Below are positions 18,455 to 28,140 of a stretch of DNA of 64,000 nt, in pieces. Numbering within the stretch: the stretch's first letter is position 1; every line of letters starts with the position of its first letter. The stretch lies in sequence record MK308675.1. One strand, 5' to 3'. A program made the position numbers and the translations under genes. The notes beneath the pieces were generated by a model, which saw only the letters and a list, made by a program, of their open reading frames with translations, was not told the origin of the DNA and searched no databases.

Positions 18455-19804
18455 TTATTTCTTTAAGTGTAAGATTAAAGTACCGTCAGTGCGGTAAAGG
18501 TTGTCTGTGAAGAACTCGGTATCTGGTGCTTCTTTAGAACGGAAGCCCAGCACTGTACCGAAAGCTTCCTGGAGTTCGCCAGCATCTTCATAGATGAACT
18601 TAACCGGCATTCCTGGGACAACGTACTTAGGCATACAGTTACTCCAGTCACACGTTAGTAACACGCCCATACCTTTCATCATCTCAGAGGTCTCTACGAA
18701 CGGGTTCTCTGTCATTCCTCTCTTAGAGAGACGAGCGTTAGTTAACCCAGTAGGTTTCTCTTCGATGCTGAAGCCTTGAGTGGTAGTGTCGTAGTTTGGA
18801 GTAGCTTTATTGCTAGAAGCGTCTGACATGCCGTCTATGAGGCTCCCAGACTTCACAAAGCGTAAACCGGTACCGATGTTAGCCGCAACCTCTTCCGTTT
18901 GGTTGAGGACCGTTGTGAGGCCCGTAGAAAGGATTGTGATATCCTTCCCTCTTACTTTAAAGGAGCGTTCCGGGGCTACTAGTTCGTCATTTGGAAAGTT
19001 ATATATTGTTAAACGCTTGGTAGCCTCTCCGAAACGCTGATGGTTGTACAGGGGATAGATAAACCATCTTCCGTCTTGGAAGTATCTATTAATCCCTGTA
19101 CTATAAACGCCCTTATCTTCCTGAATGCGTTTCACTAGCTGAGTCAGCTTGGTGTCAGGAGGAACAATGATAGAACGATAGCGCCTTACGTTATCTGGAC
19201 GAACCATATCTACGCCTCGGACCCCGGCATAGTTTGCACTAGTTAAGGTGGCTTCCGAAGCATTAGGGTTAACACTCTGACCATGTAGGTGCTCAAGCAG
19301 TTCCCCTGGCGTAATGTCGTCGTAGACTTGGGCCACATCTGTCAATCTTTCCGTATTGAGGACAGGCTCCATAAGTTGCATTGTAAAAGGGACAAGCTGA
19401 GCGGATTCGTTATCGAAGTCGTCAGCCATACCTCGGGCGTTCTTGATGTACTTTATCTCGGGCGGATTGATAAGCCACCCGACATATTTCCTTCTCGTCT
19501 GCTTACCGCCAGAAATCTCGATTCCTCGAGCATCCACTAAGGAACGGACAATCTCTACTTGGAGGTTGTCCTTGTACGGTAGCACGAAGCGGAAGAAAGA
19601 TGTGTAACCTAAGTCCATGTGGACGTAGTGTTCGTCACCGAAGTTCTCTTCATAGTTACGGAGGTTATCTATTGCGAAGACGTTGTTCACTTTAAGGCGT
19701 CGTGAGTTCGCAATGATGATAGCTTCCACTTTCCAGAACACCTCCCCTAAAGGGGCGTTTTGAATTGAGTCGAACTCTCGCCTTACTAAAGGGTTGTCTA
19801 ACAT
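18455..19804 (-). CDS. Virion structural protein, probable baseplate hub (phiKZ gp101-like)
   Basis: 449 aa. IIVPPDTKL...IQEDKGVYSTGINRYFQDGRWFIYPLY and PGMPVKFIY motifs, plus synteny with gp98-100-like genes. Confidence 0.6.
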   Translation of the reverse strand: MLDNPLVRREFDSIQNAPLGEVFWKVEAIIIANSRRLKVNNVFAIDNLRNYEENFGDEHYVHMDLGYTSFFRFVLPYKDNLQVEIVRSLVDARGIEISGGKQTRRKYVGWLINPPEIKYIKNARGMADDFDNESAQLVPFTMQLMEPVLNTERLTDVAQVYDDITPGELLEHLHGQSVNPNASEATLTSANYAGVRGVDMVRPDNVRRYRSIIVPPDTKLTQLVKRIQEDKGVYSTGINRYFQDGRWFIYPLYNHQRFGEATKRLTIYNFPNDELVAPERSFKVRGKDITILSTGLTTVLNQTEEVAANIGTGLRFVKSGSLIDGMSDASSNKATPNYDTTTQGFSIEEKPTGLTNARLSKRGMTENPFVETSEMMKGMGVLLTCDWSNCMPKYVVPGMPVKFIYEDAGELQEAFGTVLGFRSKEAPDTEFFTDNLYRTDGTLILHLKK

Positions 19805-19805
19805 G

Positions 19806-20504
19806 TTAGTTTGCTCCTAAGAAAGCAAATGGGTCGCCACCGATATTGATGTCTTCCAAGTTCTGTTCTTCTAAAGGTTTAGGTTTAGCAGTACCTGTTG
19901 TGAAGCCTTCCTCCTCCACCTCTTCTTTAACAGCCATACCTGCGATGGTTGTTCCGCCGAATAGCTCTACGAGAGTACTGAAGCCAGTATCGCCGTATTG
20001 CTCCACCATGATAGTGTCCGACATATTCTCAATAGCATCCCTTAACTTCTTAAGCTTGTCGATGTCTTCTTGAGGAGGTAAGCGGTAGTTACGCATCATA
20101 GACTTAGCTGCTAACATTTCAGTCAGGTAAGCGTCTAAGTTTTCAAAGACGGTAACTACGTCCTCTGTTTTACAGAAGCGCAGAGTACCGAAGCTATCGT
20201 AGACCTCAGCAATCTGCGCGGCAGTAGGAGAAGCATTCTTCAGCGTGTTCATCTTGATGTCGTCGGCAACTTCGTCACCTGTCAAGAATTCCATACCCAT
20301 CATACGACGAGCGACATAGTCGTCTGTATCAGACGTACTGCGCCAAACAATACCGTTCAGGTCTACCTCGTTCTTACGGAAGACAGAATGAACTTCTGGC
20401 AACCCTTCCAGTTCGATGAGGAAGTTGTATTCGGTAAGCTTTAAGCGCATAGGGTATCGGTCGTCAAAGACGCGACAACCATAAAGATAAACTGGCGGTT
20501 TCAT
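19806..20504 (-). CDS. Conserved hypothetical protein (phiKZ gp100-like by synteny)
   Basis: 232-aa ORF in a tightly coupled operon. Confidence 0.55.
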   Translation of the reverse strand: MKPPVYLYGCRVFDDRYPMRLKLTEYNFLIELEGLPEVHSVFRKNEVDLNGIVWRSTSDTDDYVARRMMGMEFLTGDEVADDIKMNTLKNASPTAAQIAEVYDSFGTLRFCKTEDVVTVFENLDAYLTEMLAAKSMMRNYRLPPQEDIDKLKKLRDAIENMSDTIMVEQYGDTGFSTLVELFGGTTIAGMAVKEEVEEEGFTTGTAKPKPLEEQNLEDINIGGDPFAFLGAN

Positions 20505-20513
20505 GATTTCTCC

Positions 20514-21734
20514 TTACAGAAGCTGGATGAGCAACCAACAGATAACCGGGATGCGATAGAAGATAACCATACGGTCGGCTTCGTAGAGCGCTTCGATTTC
20601 TTTAATGACTTCTTCCAGCGTATAGCTCTCCTGACGAAGAACTTTGTTTACTAACACTTCTAACGGCGTCATGGCAGTTAGGTCGTGGTCGTAGAATGCT
20701 TTACTAAAGACGTATGTGTCGTCTCCGTCGTACTCGTTCTCGGTATATGTTACAAGACCCAGTAATGAGGGCTGAGAATGAGGGACAGCCACATAGTCCA
20801 CTTTAGAGAATGCCACAGCACTGTATATGTGTCGGGCCAGGAATTCACGTTTAGTAACTTCGTGAACATAACGGTCTACTCTCCGTAGGTGTGTAGGCTC
20901 GCCATCGGCTAAGATGTCCCATACGGAAGCAAAGGATTTCTTCGCGCGCTTAGAAGGCACGACATAACGCTTCATCGCTGGCAAGTGATAAGTGACCTGT
21001 TCCGGCAAGATGCGTGCCATAAACTCGGTGAGCTTCTCGTCATATACCTTTCGGTATTCACTTACGGAACCGATAGCGGTCTGCGTATCTAAATCGTAAT
21101 ACTCATCCCACCACCAATGAATCACTTCGTTAAGACGCGTAGCGATATCGTAGGATTCCAAGCGCTTCTGTTTAGACATGCCTGGAGCGAGTGGGTCTGA
21201 TGAATCAAAGTAAAGGGTCTCTGCCGTTTTAAGGTCGAGGTTTCTTTGATAGTCGTCAGACATATAGTCCACGAACTCATAAGTGATTTCGTTCGTACGG
21301 TGACCGTAGTAACCAGAACGACGATGTTGCGTTACAGTAAATAGACCCCAGCGGTTATCTGACATACGAGCAATAAACATATCGCCTGCATTAGGTTCCA
21401 CGCCTGGGTACAAGTTCGAAGTACCTGTTAGCGTAGTGATTTGCTGGTCATCCGTATCATGACTCAACGAGTCCGTCTGTAGGATAACGTAATCCTTAAT
21501 ACGGACATATTGCTGGATGGTTCTGGAAAGCCCCATGTCTAATCGCTGAGGGAAACTATTGCCGCCTAGCAACTGAGAGTAGTAAGTGACTTCCCACGGG
21601 TCACCTTCATAGCGAATCTCCGGAGAGATATGTTTCACCTCTGTCTCATAGACGGAGGGCGTGTCTGGTTCCTCGACTACCTTATCGGGTTCGGGAACTT
21701 CAACAATGTCTTCTTCTTCATCAAATAAAGGCAT
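20514..21734 (-). CDS. Virion structural protein, probable neck/head-tail connector (phiKZ gp99-like)
   Basis: 406 aa. YEGDPWEVTYYSQLL and LYPGVEPNAGDMFIA motifs, plus synteny. Confidence 0.6.
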   Translation of the reverse strand: MPLFDEEEDIVEVPEPDKVVEEPDTPSVYETEVKHISPEIRYEGDPWEVTYYSQLLGGNSFPQRLDMGLSRTIQQYVRIKDYVILQTDSLSHDTDDQQITTLTGTSNLYPGVEPNAGDMFIARMSDNRWGLFTVTQHRRSGYYGHRTNEITYEFVDYMSDDYQRNLDLKTAETLYFDSSDPLAPGMSKQKRLESYDIATRLNEVIHWWWDEYYDLDTQTAIGSVSEYRKVYDEKLTEFMARILPEQVTYHLPAMKRYVVPSKRAKKSFASVWDILADGEPTHLRRVDRYVHEVTKREFLARHIYSAVAFSKVDYVAVPHSQPSLLGLVTYTENEYDGDDTYVFSKAFYDHDLTAMTPLEVLVNKVLRQESYTLEEVIKEIEALYEADRMVIFYRIPVICWLLIQLL

Positions 21735-21736
21735 CT

Positions 21737-23332
21737 TTATCTCCGGTCAACACTGATGTTAAAGAACTGTACTGTAGAGCCTCCGCGAGGAGCAAGTTCC
21801 ATAAAGAGCTTGTTAGTCGTAGGTAGCTTACGTAACCAGTACGTGAATGAACGGGCCGTTATGCCAGTTCCGTTGGGATTGTAAAGAATCGACGGGATGT
21901 GCTTATATGCACCCGGCTTGATAGTGCCAGGTAAAGCAGCGTCAATCTCTTTCTTGCTTTCAGTAAGCCTAACGTCTGGGTCATAGAGTTTAAAGAGCTC
22001 TATGGCCTTCTCAGGCATCTTAAGTAGCTTTTCGGTCTCTCGTGCATTGTAACGGGCAATGTCCTTTAGAAGAGAGATACGGAGGTAATTTCGCTTACGT
22101 GGGTCTAATGGGTTCCATACCGTAATGTCGCCATTGGGGTCCAAACTATGTACTACTTGCTCTTCTGTCTCCCCTACGGCGAAAACCTCTAGAGTAACGA
22201 GAGAGAAAGGATAATGTCCCTTATGTTCAGGGAAGTCCTTTAAGTACTGCTTGATTGCCTGAGGCACATACTTGTCTGGGATGTCCCAAATATTGAAAAC
22301 TTTGGTCGGTGCACCCTGACTGACTTTAATCGGTAGAATGGAAACTGTCTGCGTGTGCTGGTTATAGTCCTGAGGGAACCAGTCGTCCCACTCGCGCATA
22401 CGAGAGCCTCCGTCTCCGATAACGAACATAGGGTTCTGTTCTTCGTCATACTGAGAGGCATGGTAAAGCGGACGGTAAGCAGTGTCCTCGCGTTCTACCG
22501 CAGGTATCCAGTTTTGAATGAAGCGCTTAGGGATAGTCTGATTGCGTACAGTTGCTGGAACTTCTATCGTAAGTGCCGTCGGCTTCTTATACTCATAACG
22601 ATAGTTAATCGTTACTTCATAGATGCCGTCGGCATATGCTTTCTCATTATAGAAGAACTCGTCCGTAGCTAGGCCTAGAACATCGTCTTGTTTCTCGACC
22701 ATAATAAGGTCGGTATGCTCCATGTTCTGCGATTGACGCTTCTGTACACCGTGACGGAAACAACGACGTAAGTAGTCGCCTAACTCTTCTTCGTCGGGCA
22801 TGACATTCTGTTTCATTCTCCAAGCTTCACCTAAGAAGTCAATGAAGTCGTGAGGGATGTCATACTCATAATCGATGTCGTGACGCCAGTTTAGATTAGA
22901 GCTACCGTGAGTGATGCGAAGGTCATTCAACCACGACGTTAGCTCTACTTGGCTAGAACAGCGGATACGCAAAGTCATCTCTACCAACGCCGTTGAGTAA
23001 AGAGGCTTCAAAAGGATGCCGTGTTCTTTATCATGGAAGGTAGGTGGATGGTACGCGTTTTGCCAGCGTGAGATATTCACGTGGTCTTCTAGGTAACGCT
23101 CGTTTACTTCAGCAAACACATAAGTCTTGTATTTGGATTCAATAGCGTCGCCATTATTGTTTGTGAAGAGATTACGCACGGCTTTAGATGTACCGGCAAT
23201 TTCTCGCTCATAGCGAATTTGGTATTTTGGTTTGAATGCCGTCTTTGCCAAGAAAGAGTGAATAACAGAATCAGACACTCTTCTTTCGATAGACTGCAAG
23301 GATTCCGTAATCGGCGTGATAATACGAGGCAT
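21737..23332 (-). CDS. Virion structural protein, probable neck/tail terminator (phiKZ gp98-like)
   Basis: 531 aa. N-terminal MPRIITPITE..SIERRV and F.D....I...P.Y motifs, plus synteny. Confidence 0.6.
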   Translation of the reverse strand: MPRIITPITESLQSIERRVSDSVIHSFLAKTAFKPKYQIRYEREIAGTSKAVRNLFTNNNGDAIESKYKTYVFAEVNERYLEDHVNISRWQNAYHPPTFHDKEHGILLKPLYSTALVEMTLRIRCSSQVELTSWLNDLRITHGSSNLNWRHDIDYEYDIPHDFIDFLGEAWRMKQNVMPDEEELGDYLRRCFRHGVQKRQSQNMEHTDLIMVEKQDDVLGLATDEFFYNEKAYADGIYEVTINYRYEYKKPTALTIEVPATVRNQTIPKRFIQNWIPAVEREDTAYRPLYHASQYDEEQNPMFVIGDGGSRMREWDDWFPQDYNQHTQTVSILPIKVSQGAPTKVFNIWDIPDKYVPQAIKQYLKDFPEHKGHYPFSLVTLEVFAVGETEEQVVHSLDPNGDITVWNPLDPRKRNYLRISLLKDIARYNARETEKLLKMPEKAIELFKLYDPDVRLTESKKEIDAALPGTIKPGAYKHIPSILYNPNGTGITARSFTYWLRKLPTTNKLFMELAPRGGSTVQFFNISVDRR

Positions 23333-23370
23333 GTCGTTCCTCCTTTGTCTATTGGATTCGACAGCAATAA

Positions 23371-23399
23371 GTAAGGCTCTCCATAACAGAGAGCCTTAC
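23371..23399 (-). terminator. Terminator
   Basis: gtaaggctctc/gagagccttac 11-bp stem immediately after a stop codon. Confidence 0.65.
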
Positions 23400-23400
23400 G

Positions 23401-24666
23401 TTAGACGCGTACTTGCCACTCGGGGCGAGATGCTTGGATTACCTTGAGTAGTCCAGTACAGTAACGGTACACTAGCTCGTTCTTGACCTTCAGAGGTTCA
23501 TTGAAACAACGAGCATAAGAAGGTACTTGACGGAAGATGCTTACGAGTTCTCTGTCTTGGGCATTATCAGGCACTCTGTCCTTTAACGCCTTAGCGGTGT
23601 TCTCGCAGCGACGTTTGAAGTCGCGGAACTTCTCGTAGTCTTGGCGCAGTAACAATGCTTGGTCTAAAGCTGCTTCAGCAACACGTGCGTATTCAGCACC
23701 CATATGCGTATCGATAGGGCGCATTGTGAACTCATTAATCTTCTTGCGGGTATTAATGGTTTCGAGTTTAACGCGAGGTGCCATGAAGCCTTCCTTAGGC
23801 ATGGACACAGTAAAGCGCTGCCAGCCAGGAAGTCTTTCAGAGGTATGCATCTGCATGTCAAGGTTATTTGTTTCCGTGATGTTACATGCTAGATAAGCAC
23901 ATAGAGCCTTGTAAAGCTCACCGCGGGCTAACTTGACCATATCCATCACAACCTTAGGTTCGGATGTTCTGGAGCCTTCTAGAGTCGTTATAACTTGGTC
24001 TAAGTTCACTCGGTAGTCACGAGGGTCTAAGCCAGAAGCAATAGTAGGCAGCTTGCGCAGAATCTGGTTAATTGATTCCTGTGGCTGCTTTAGATTTTCA
24101 TCTACCAGCCATAGTGCTGCCCCGTTTAGTTTGATGCGGGCATTAAGAAGCTCATTAGCGTTAGCTAGCTGAAACTTAGGTAGCATCTTCTTAAGTTGTC
24201 TTGCGTCCTGGAACGATTTACCCATAAAGGTAAAGCGACGCCCAAGGAAAGCTTTCAGTGTATCCAAGATAACCTGGGTAGCTTTCTTAAGGAAGCGGAA
24301 GACTTCTTGCCACGTGAAACTAATGCCTTCCATGGAAACTTCAAATGAATCCTCTTTACGAGTAAACAGGTCATCCATGGAAATGGTTAGACCGATACGG
24401 TTAAGGTTCGTATCGAGAACCGAATGTGTTAACTTAGCCACGTTTTCATCTACATGACTAAGTTTCTTCAGGTCGTCCAGTACTGAATAAATCATTACCG
24501 TAATGACGTCGACGTGTTCGAGTTCAGCCATGATGGCTTCATCTTCGTAATGTTCTCGAACTTCTTCATCAAAAGCCAAGCCATGAATCACCGCATCTAT
24601 TTCTCCGATAGAGACTGGAGTATCTAAGTTCTCACCCGTCGCTCGGGATAGCCAATCGGTTATCAT
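23401..24666 (-). CDS. Internal head (inner body/ejection) protein, phiKZ gp93-97-like paralogue family
   Basis: Acidic propeptide ending in VSME|G, then an amphipathic helix (WQEVFRFLKK); LPG motif shared with the neighbouring paralogues. Confidence 0.7.
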   Translation of the reverse strand: MITDWLSRATGENLDTPVSIGEIDAVIHGLAFDEEVREHYEDEAIMAELEHVDVITVMIYSVLDDLKKLSHVDENVAKLTHSVLDTNLNRIGLTISMDDLFTRKEDSFEVSMEGISFTWQEVFRFLKKATQVILDTLKAFLGRRFTFMGKSFQDARQLKKMLPKFQLANANELLNARIKLNGAALWLVDENLKQPQESINQILRKLPTIASGLDPRDYRVNLDQVITTLEGSRTSEPKVVMDMVKLARGELYKALCAYLACNITETNNLDMQMHTSERLPGWQRFTVSMPKEGFMAPRVKLETINTRKKINEFTMRPIDTHMGAEYARVAEAALDQALLLRQDYEKFRDFKRRCENTAKALKDRVPDNAQDRELVSIFRQVPSYARCFNEPLKVKNELVYRYCTGLLKVIQASRPEWQVRV

Positions 24667-24675
24667 GCGGTGTCC

Positions 24676-26004
24676 TTACTTTTCTAGGTTCTTCATTACT
24701 GCTTTAGATGCGCCTGCACAAGCAGCAGCATGTAGAGCTGACCACTTCGCTACGCCCTGATAAGCATCACGGATGGTCGTAGTGTACTGCTTAAGTTGCT
24801 CTAGGCGATTGAAGAACTCATCAAAAGGTGCACCGGCAAACTCAGCGTCTTTAAGGTTAGTCAACGCTTTGTTGATTGCCTTGATAAGATACTCACAGAA
24901 ATGCAAGACCGCTTTACCCGACTCGTTAGCCTGACGGTATGCTGCAATGCCTTCATAAGCGCGCTTAGCAAACGCCTTGGCGTCTCCGGCACTTACGTCG
25001 GTAATTGCTTCTGGTGCTTCCTTAGCACCCAACGCATCGCCGAAGTGAACGTTCAGTGCACGCTCTGAGTTCTCAGCAGGTACAGAGAAATAGATTGCTT
25101 TGCCGCCAGGTAGTTCTTCAGTAGAGACGTAAGACTTAGCACCTTTACCTAGACCTAACTTAGCACCGTCTTTCTCAGAGATAGACTTGGTCGCTGCGAA
25201 ACCACTAACGAACGCTTTGTTAAGTTGGTTGGTACTTTCCTTGATGCGGTTGTTTGTTTCAACCAGGTTAGTCTCATCGGCTTTCTCGATGTGTCCTTCC
25301 AGTTCACGAATCGCAGACAAGATAAGCTTACTTGCTTTAGAGTAGCGGTCTGTATAAGTGCGCATGCTACCGGTAAACAGTTTACCTTTAGCATATAAGT
25401 ATTCAACCTGAGGAACCTTAAGAGACTTCTCTTTAGGCTTACCTGTCGGATTGATACCATGTAGCTTGTCGATAGATTTCTCTAGACGAGCAACTTGGCT
25501 TAGGTGTTCATCGTAGAACTTAACACCAGCTGCAATAATTGCTTCAATTGCTTTAAGTAGCACCTTACCGACTTGTACGATAGTTTCTTTAACTGTCTTA
25601 CCTGCCGCTTCTACTTCTAGACGAACTGCTTCGACCTCATCGACGCCTTCCATTGAAGGTAGCTCGTAAGCCTGACGTATGCCTTCTAGGTTAACTGTGG
25701 CGTTGTCATAAAGCGTCATGGCGTATGCTGCGTCTTCACGCGTCATGCTATCGCCTTTAGCTTCGATGAATGCCTCGATGTGGCGAACCGATTCAGCTAA
25801 CGCTAAGTAGTCCGCTTGTACAGATTCATAAACAGATGCCGTAACTTCAGCTTCTGTGATTTCGATGTCGTGTAGTTCGATGTCGTCCACGTTGATTGCA
25901 GTCAATCCTGGTGTGACTTCATCTTTACTACCAACGACAGTCTTTGGCTGGCCAGCCGGAGCATTTACTGCACTAGCAATAATGCTTTTACGAAAGTCTT
26001 TCAT
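24676..26004 (-). CDS. Internal head protein paralogue
   Basis: Propeptide with PSME|G. KFYDEH..VARL.K.I and LPGGKAI motifs are shared with the 26131 ORF. Confidence 0.75.
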   Translation of the reverse strand: MKDFRKSIIASAVNAPAGQPKTVVGSKDEVTPGLTAINVDDIELHDIEITEAEVTASVYESVQADYLALAESVRHIEAFIEAKGDSMTREDAAYAMTLYDNATVNLEGIRQAYELPSMEGVDEVEAVRLEVEAAGKTVKETIVQVGKVLLKAIEAIIAAGVKFYDEHLSQVARLEKSIDKLHGINPTGKPKEKSLKVPQVEYLYAKGKLFTGSMRTYTDRYSKASKLILSAIRELEGHIEKADETNLVETNNRIKESTNQLNKAFVSGFAATKSISEKDGAKLGLGKGAKSYVSTEELPGGKAIYFSVPAENSERALNVHFGDALGAKEAPEAITDVSAGDAKAFAKRAYEGIAAYRQANESGKAVLHFCEYLIKAINKALTNLKDAEFAGAPFDEFFNRLEQLKQYTTTIRDAYQGVAKWSALHAAACAGASKAVMKNLEK

Positions 26005-26077
26005 TGGTTTTCCCTTAAAGGAGGTTTCAGTATAAACACTATAAGATTCATGGACCGAAAGAAATAAAAGGTAAAAG

Positions 26078-26099
26078 GGCCACCGCCGAAGCAGTGGCC
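26078..26099 (-). terminator. Terminator with UUCG loop
   Basis: Minus strand ggccactgc TTCG gcggtggcc followed by ctttt. Confidence 0.75.
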
Positions 26100-26130
26100 T
26101 TTTCTAAATGAGAAACTCAAAGACTAAAGA

Positions 26131-27630
26131 TTACTTGTCGTCATCTTTTTTCTTTTTGTCATCGTCATCTTTACCTTTCTGGTCGTCGTCTTTGTCGTCG
26201 TCATCGCCGTCTTTACCAGGTTTCTTATCTTTGTCGTCGCCGTCTTTGTCGTCTTCTTCAGCTTTAGACTTACCTTTGCCTTTGCCTTTAGCGTCTACGT
26301 CGTCTTCTTCGTATTCGTCAGGCACACCATCGTCGTCTTTGTCATCTTCTTTGTCTTTTTCGCCTTTAGCTTTCTTAGCTTCAACGTCACCTAGGTTAGC
26401 TAGGATAGCGTGTGCAGCTACAGCGTTAGCTTCAGCAGACTGAGTGAACATGCGAGATAGTGATGGGTAAACAGACTTAAGAGTCGCAACAGTGTTAAGA
26501 CCAAGCTCTACAGCTTCCTTAACTTCAGCAACAGCTTCAGCTTCTACGCCTTCAAGTTCAGTAAGAGCTTCTACTTTCTCTAGGATGCTTGCGCCATTAG
26601 CGTGAACGTCGTTTAGAGAAACACCGGCAGCGATGATAGCTTTAGAGTTATCAACAGATGCAGTAGCGAATGTAACGTGAGCTTTAGCAGCGTCAGCAGT
26701 TACAGTTTCGATAGCAGCGCCTTCAACAGCTTCTTCAGCTTCAGCGAAAGTAACTGTTAGGTTACCTGCGTCTTCAGCGTCGTGAGCAGCTACAAGAGTG
26801 TAACCAGCTGGAAGTTCTTTGTCGTTAAGACCGTTAGCCGCTTCGATAACTTTAGCGATTTCAGCGCCGATTGCTTCAACAAGACCTTCTACGCCTTTCT
26901 CTTTAGCAGCTTCGATTGCAGCTTCGATTGCAGCCATAGCAGCAACAGAAGTTTCAGAACCAGCAACAAGTGCAGTAGCTAGACCAGCTAGTGCTTCAGT
27001 GCTACCTAGGTACTGAGTCATGCGAGGTTTAAGGGATGCTTCAACGGCTTCGCCTTTAACGTCTTTAGCGGCATCGATTTGACCGATAGCTTTAGCTAGG
27101 TCTGCAACGTTCTCGCCGTGCTCTGCGTAGAACTTAGTCGCTTCAGCAGTAGCCGCTTCAATAGTGCTTGCGATAACTGCTTTACAAGTAGCGATTGATT
27201 CGCCGTATGCGCCTTTAGCAGCTTGAGTCTGCATAAGAGCTGCGCCGTCCATATCGAAAGATTCCATTGAAGGAACTTCGATAGCGCTACGTAGAGTAGA
27301 TTCACGCTCGATAAGAGAAGCGTGGAACGCTAGAGGTAGTTCAGCTGCTTGTGCAGTACAGCCGCCTTCTGCTTCAGAGCGCTCTAGGTAAGAATGGATA
27401 GATTCCATTGATACTAGATGGTTTTCGAACTCACGTTGAGTATCGCGAGCGAAGATAACGTTGTACTCAGACTCTACAGGAGCAGAAGCGCGAGGTACAA
27501 ACAGGTTAGCCATAGCGTCTGCACCGAACAGTTGTTCTACTACAGTTGCTTGAGGCTGTGATTCAGGAGTAACGTCTGTTTTCTTGCCAGCGTCAATACT
27601 CGCTAGAATCGATTTACGTAAAGTGTTCAT
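26131..27630 (-). CDS. Abundant internal head protein paralogue with D/K-rich C-terminal tail
   Basis: 499 aa from ATG 27630. VSME|S and PSME|S sites, very strong codon bias and a low-complexity D/K tail of about 80 aa. Confidence 0.75.
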   Translation of the reverse strand: MNTLRKSILASIDAGKKTDVTPESQPQATVVEQLFGADAMANLFVPRASAPVESEYNVIFARDTQREFENHLVSMESIHSYLERSEAEGGCTAQAAELPLAFHASLIERESTLRSAIEVPSMESFDMDGAALMQTQAAKGAYGESIATCKAVIASTIEAATAEATKFYAEHGENVADLAKAIGQIDAAKDVKGEAVEASLKPRMTQYLGSTEALAGLATALVAGSETSVAAMAAIEAAIEAAKEKGVEGLVEAIGAEIAKVIEAANGLNDKELPAGYTLVAAHDAEDAGNLTVTFAEAEEAVEGAAIETVTADAAKAHVTFATASVDNSKAIIAAGVSLNDVHANGASILEKVEALTELEGVEAEAVAEVKEAVELGLNTVATLKSVYPSLSRMFTQSAEANAVAAHAILANLGDVEAKKAKGEKDKEDDKDDDGVPDEYEEDDVDAKGKGKGKSKAEEDDKDGDDKDKKPGKDGDDDDKDDDQKGKDDDDKKKKDDDK

Positions 27631-27693
27631 GGTCAATAATTCCTTGTACAAGGTTAAAAACTTAGGTTGATTATCGTCTTAAGAATCTTAATC

Positions 27694-28140
27694 TTAATTT
27701 GGCGGCGGAGCGTCTTCTTTAACGACGTGCAATTTCTGTGCCGCTGAAATGAAGCAGTACATGTACTCGATGCAGCGCATAAAGTCACATTGACTGTTAA
27801 GAGGTAATAACTTGTCTAAAACCTCATTAGGTCGGTTGACCCGCAATGCGAATTGACGGTAATACTCGTCGCGGATTTCTTTCTCTGCTTTTTCACGTTC
27901 TACAATATTCAACAAACGGTTGTCCATTGTTAGAAGATGGGTAGGAGAGAGACGCATTTTACCCGTCGATTCACGGAGCAACTGTTTCATCATTTGGACT
28001 TGAGACCAACGTGTCAAATCCACACTACGGAAGAACTCTTTTCGTAGCTTCGCCAGACAGGTCAAGTCGTCTACTGACATCACGTGACCTGGCTGACAAA
28101 CATGGCGGTAGAGTTCAACAACTTTGTTAGTTGTACTCAT
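27694..28140 (-). CDS. Hypothetical protein (phiKZ gp91-like by synteny)
   Basis: The ATG (MSTTNK) overlaps the end of the upstream gene and has a GAGGTGG SD; the track extends the ORF to 28182. Confidence 0.55.
   Translation of the reverse strand: MSTTNKVVELYRHVCQPGHVMSVDDLTCLAKLRKEFFRSVDLTRWSQVQMMKQLLRESTGKMRLSPTHLLTMDNRLLNIVEREKAEKEIRDEYYRQFALRVNRPNEVLDKLLPLNSQCDFMRCIEYMYCFISAAQKLHVVKEDAPPPN

Noticed and set aside
26108-26443. 111-aa Ser/Leu-rich plus-strand ORF
   Set aside because: It is the antisense shadow of the GAC/AAA-rich D/K tail and lacks an SD. The same applies to 42549-43010.
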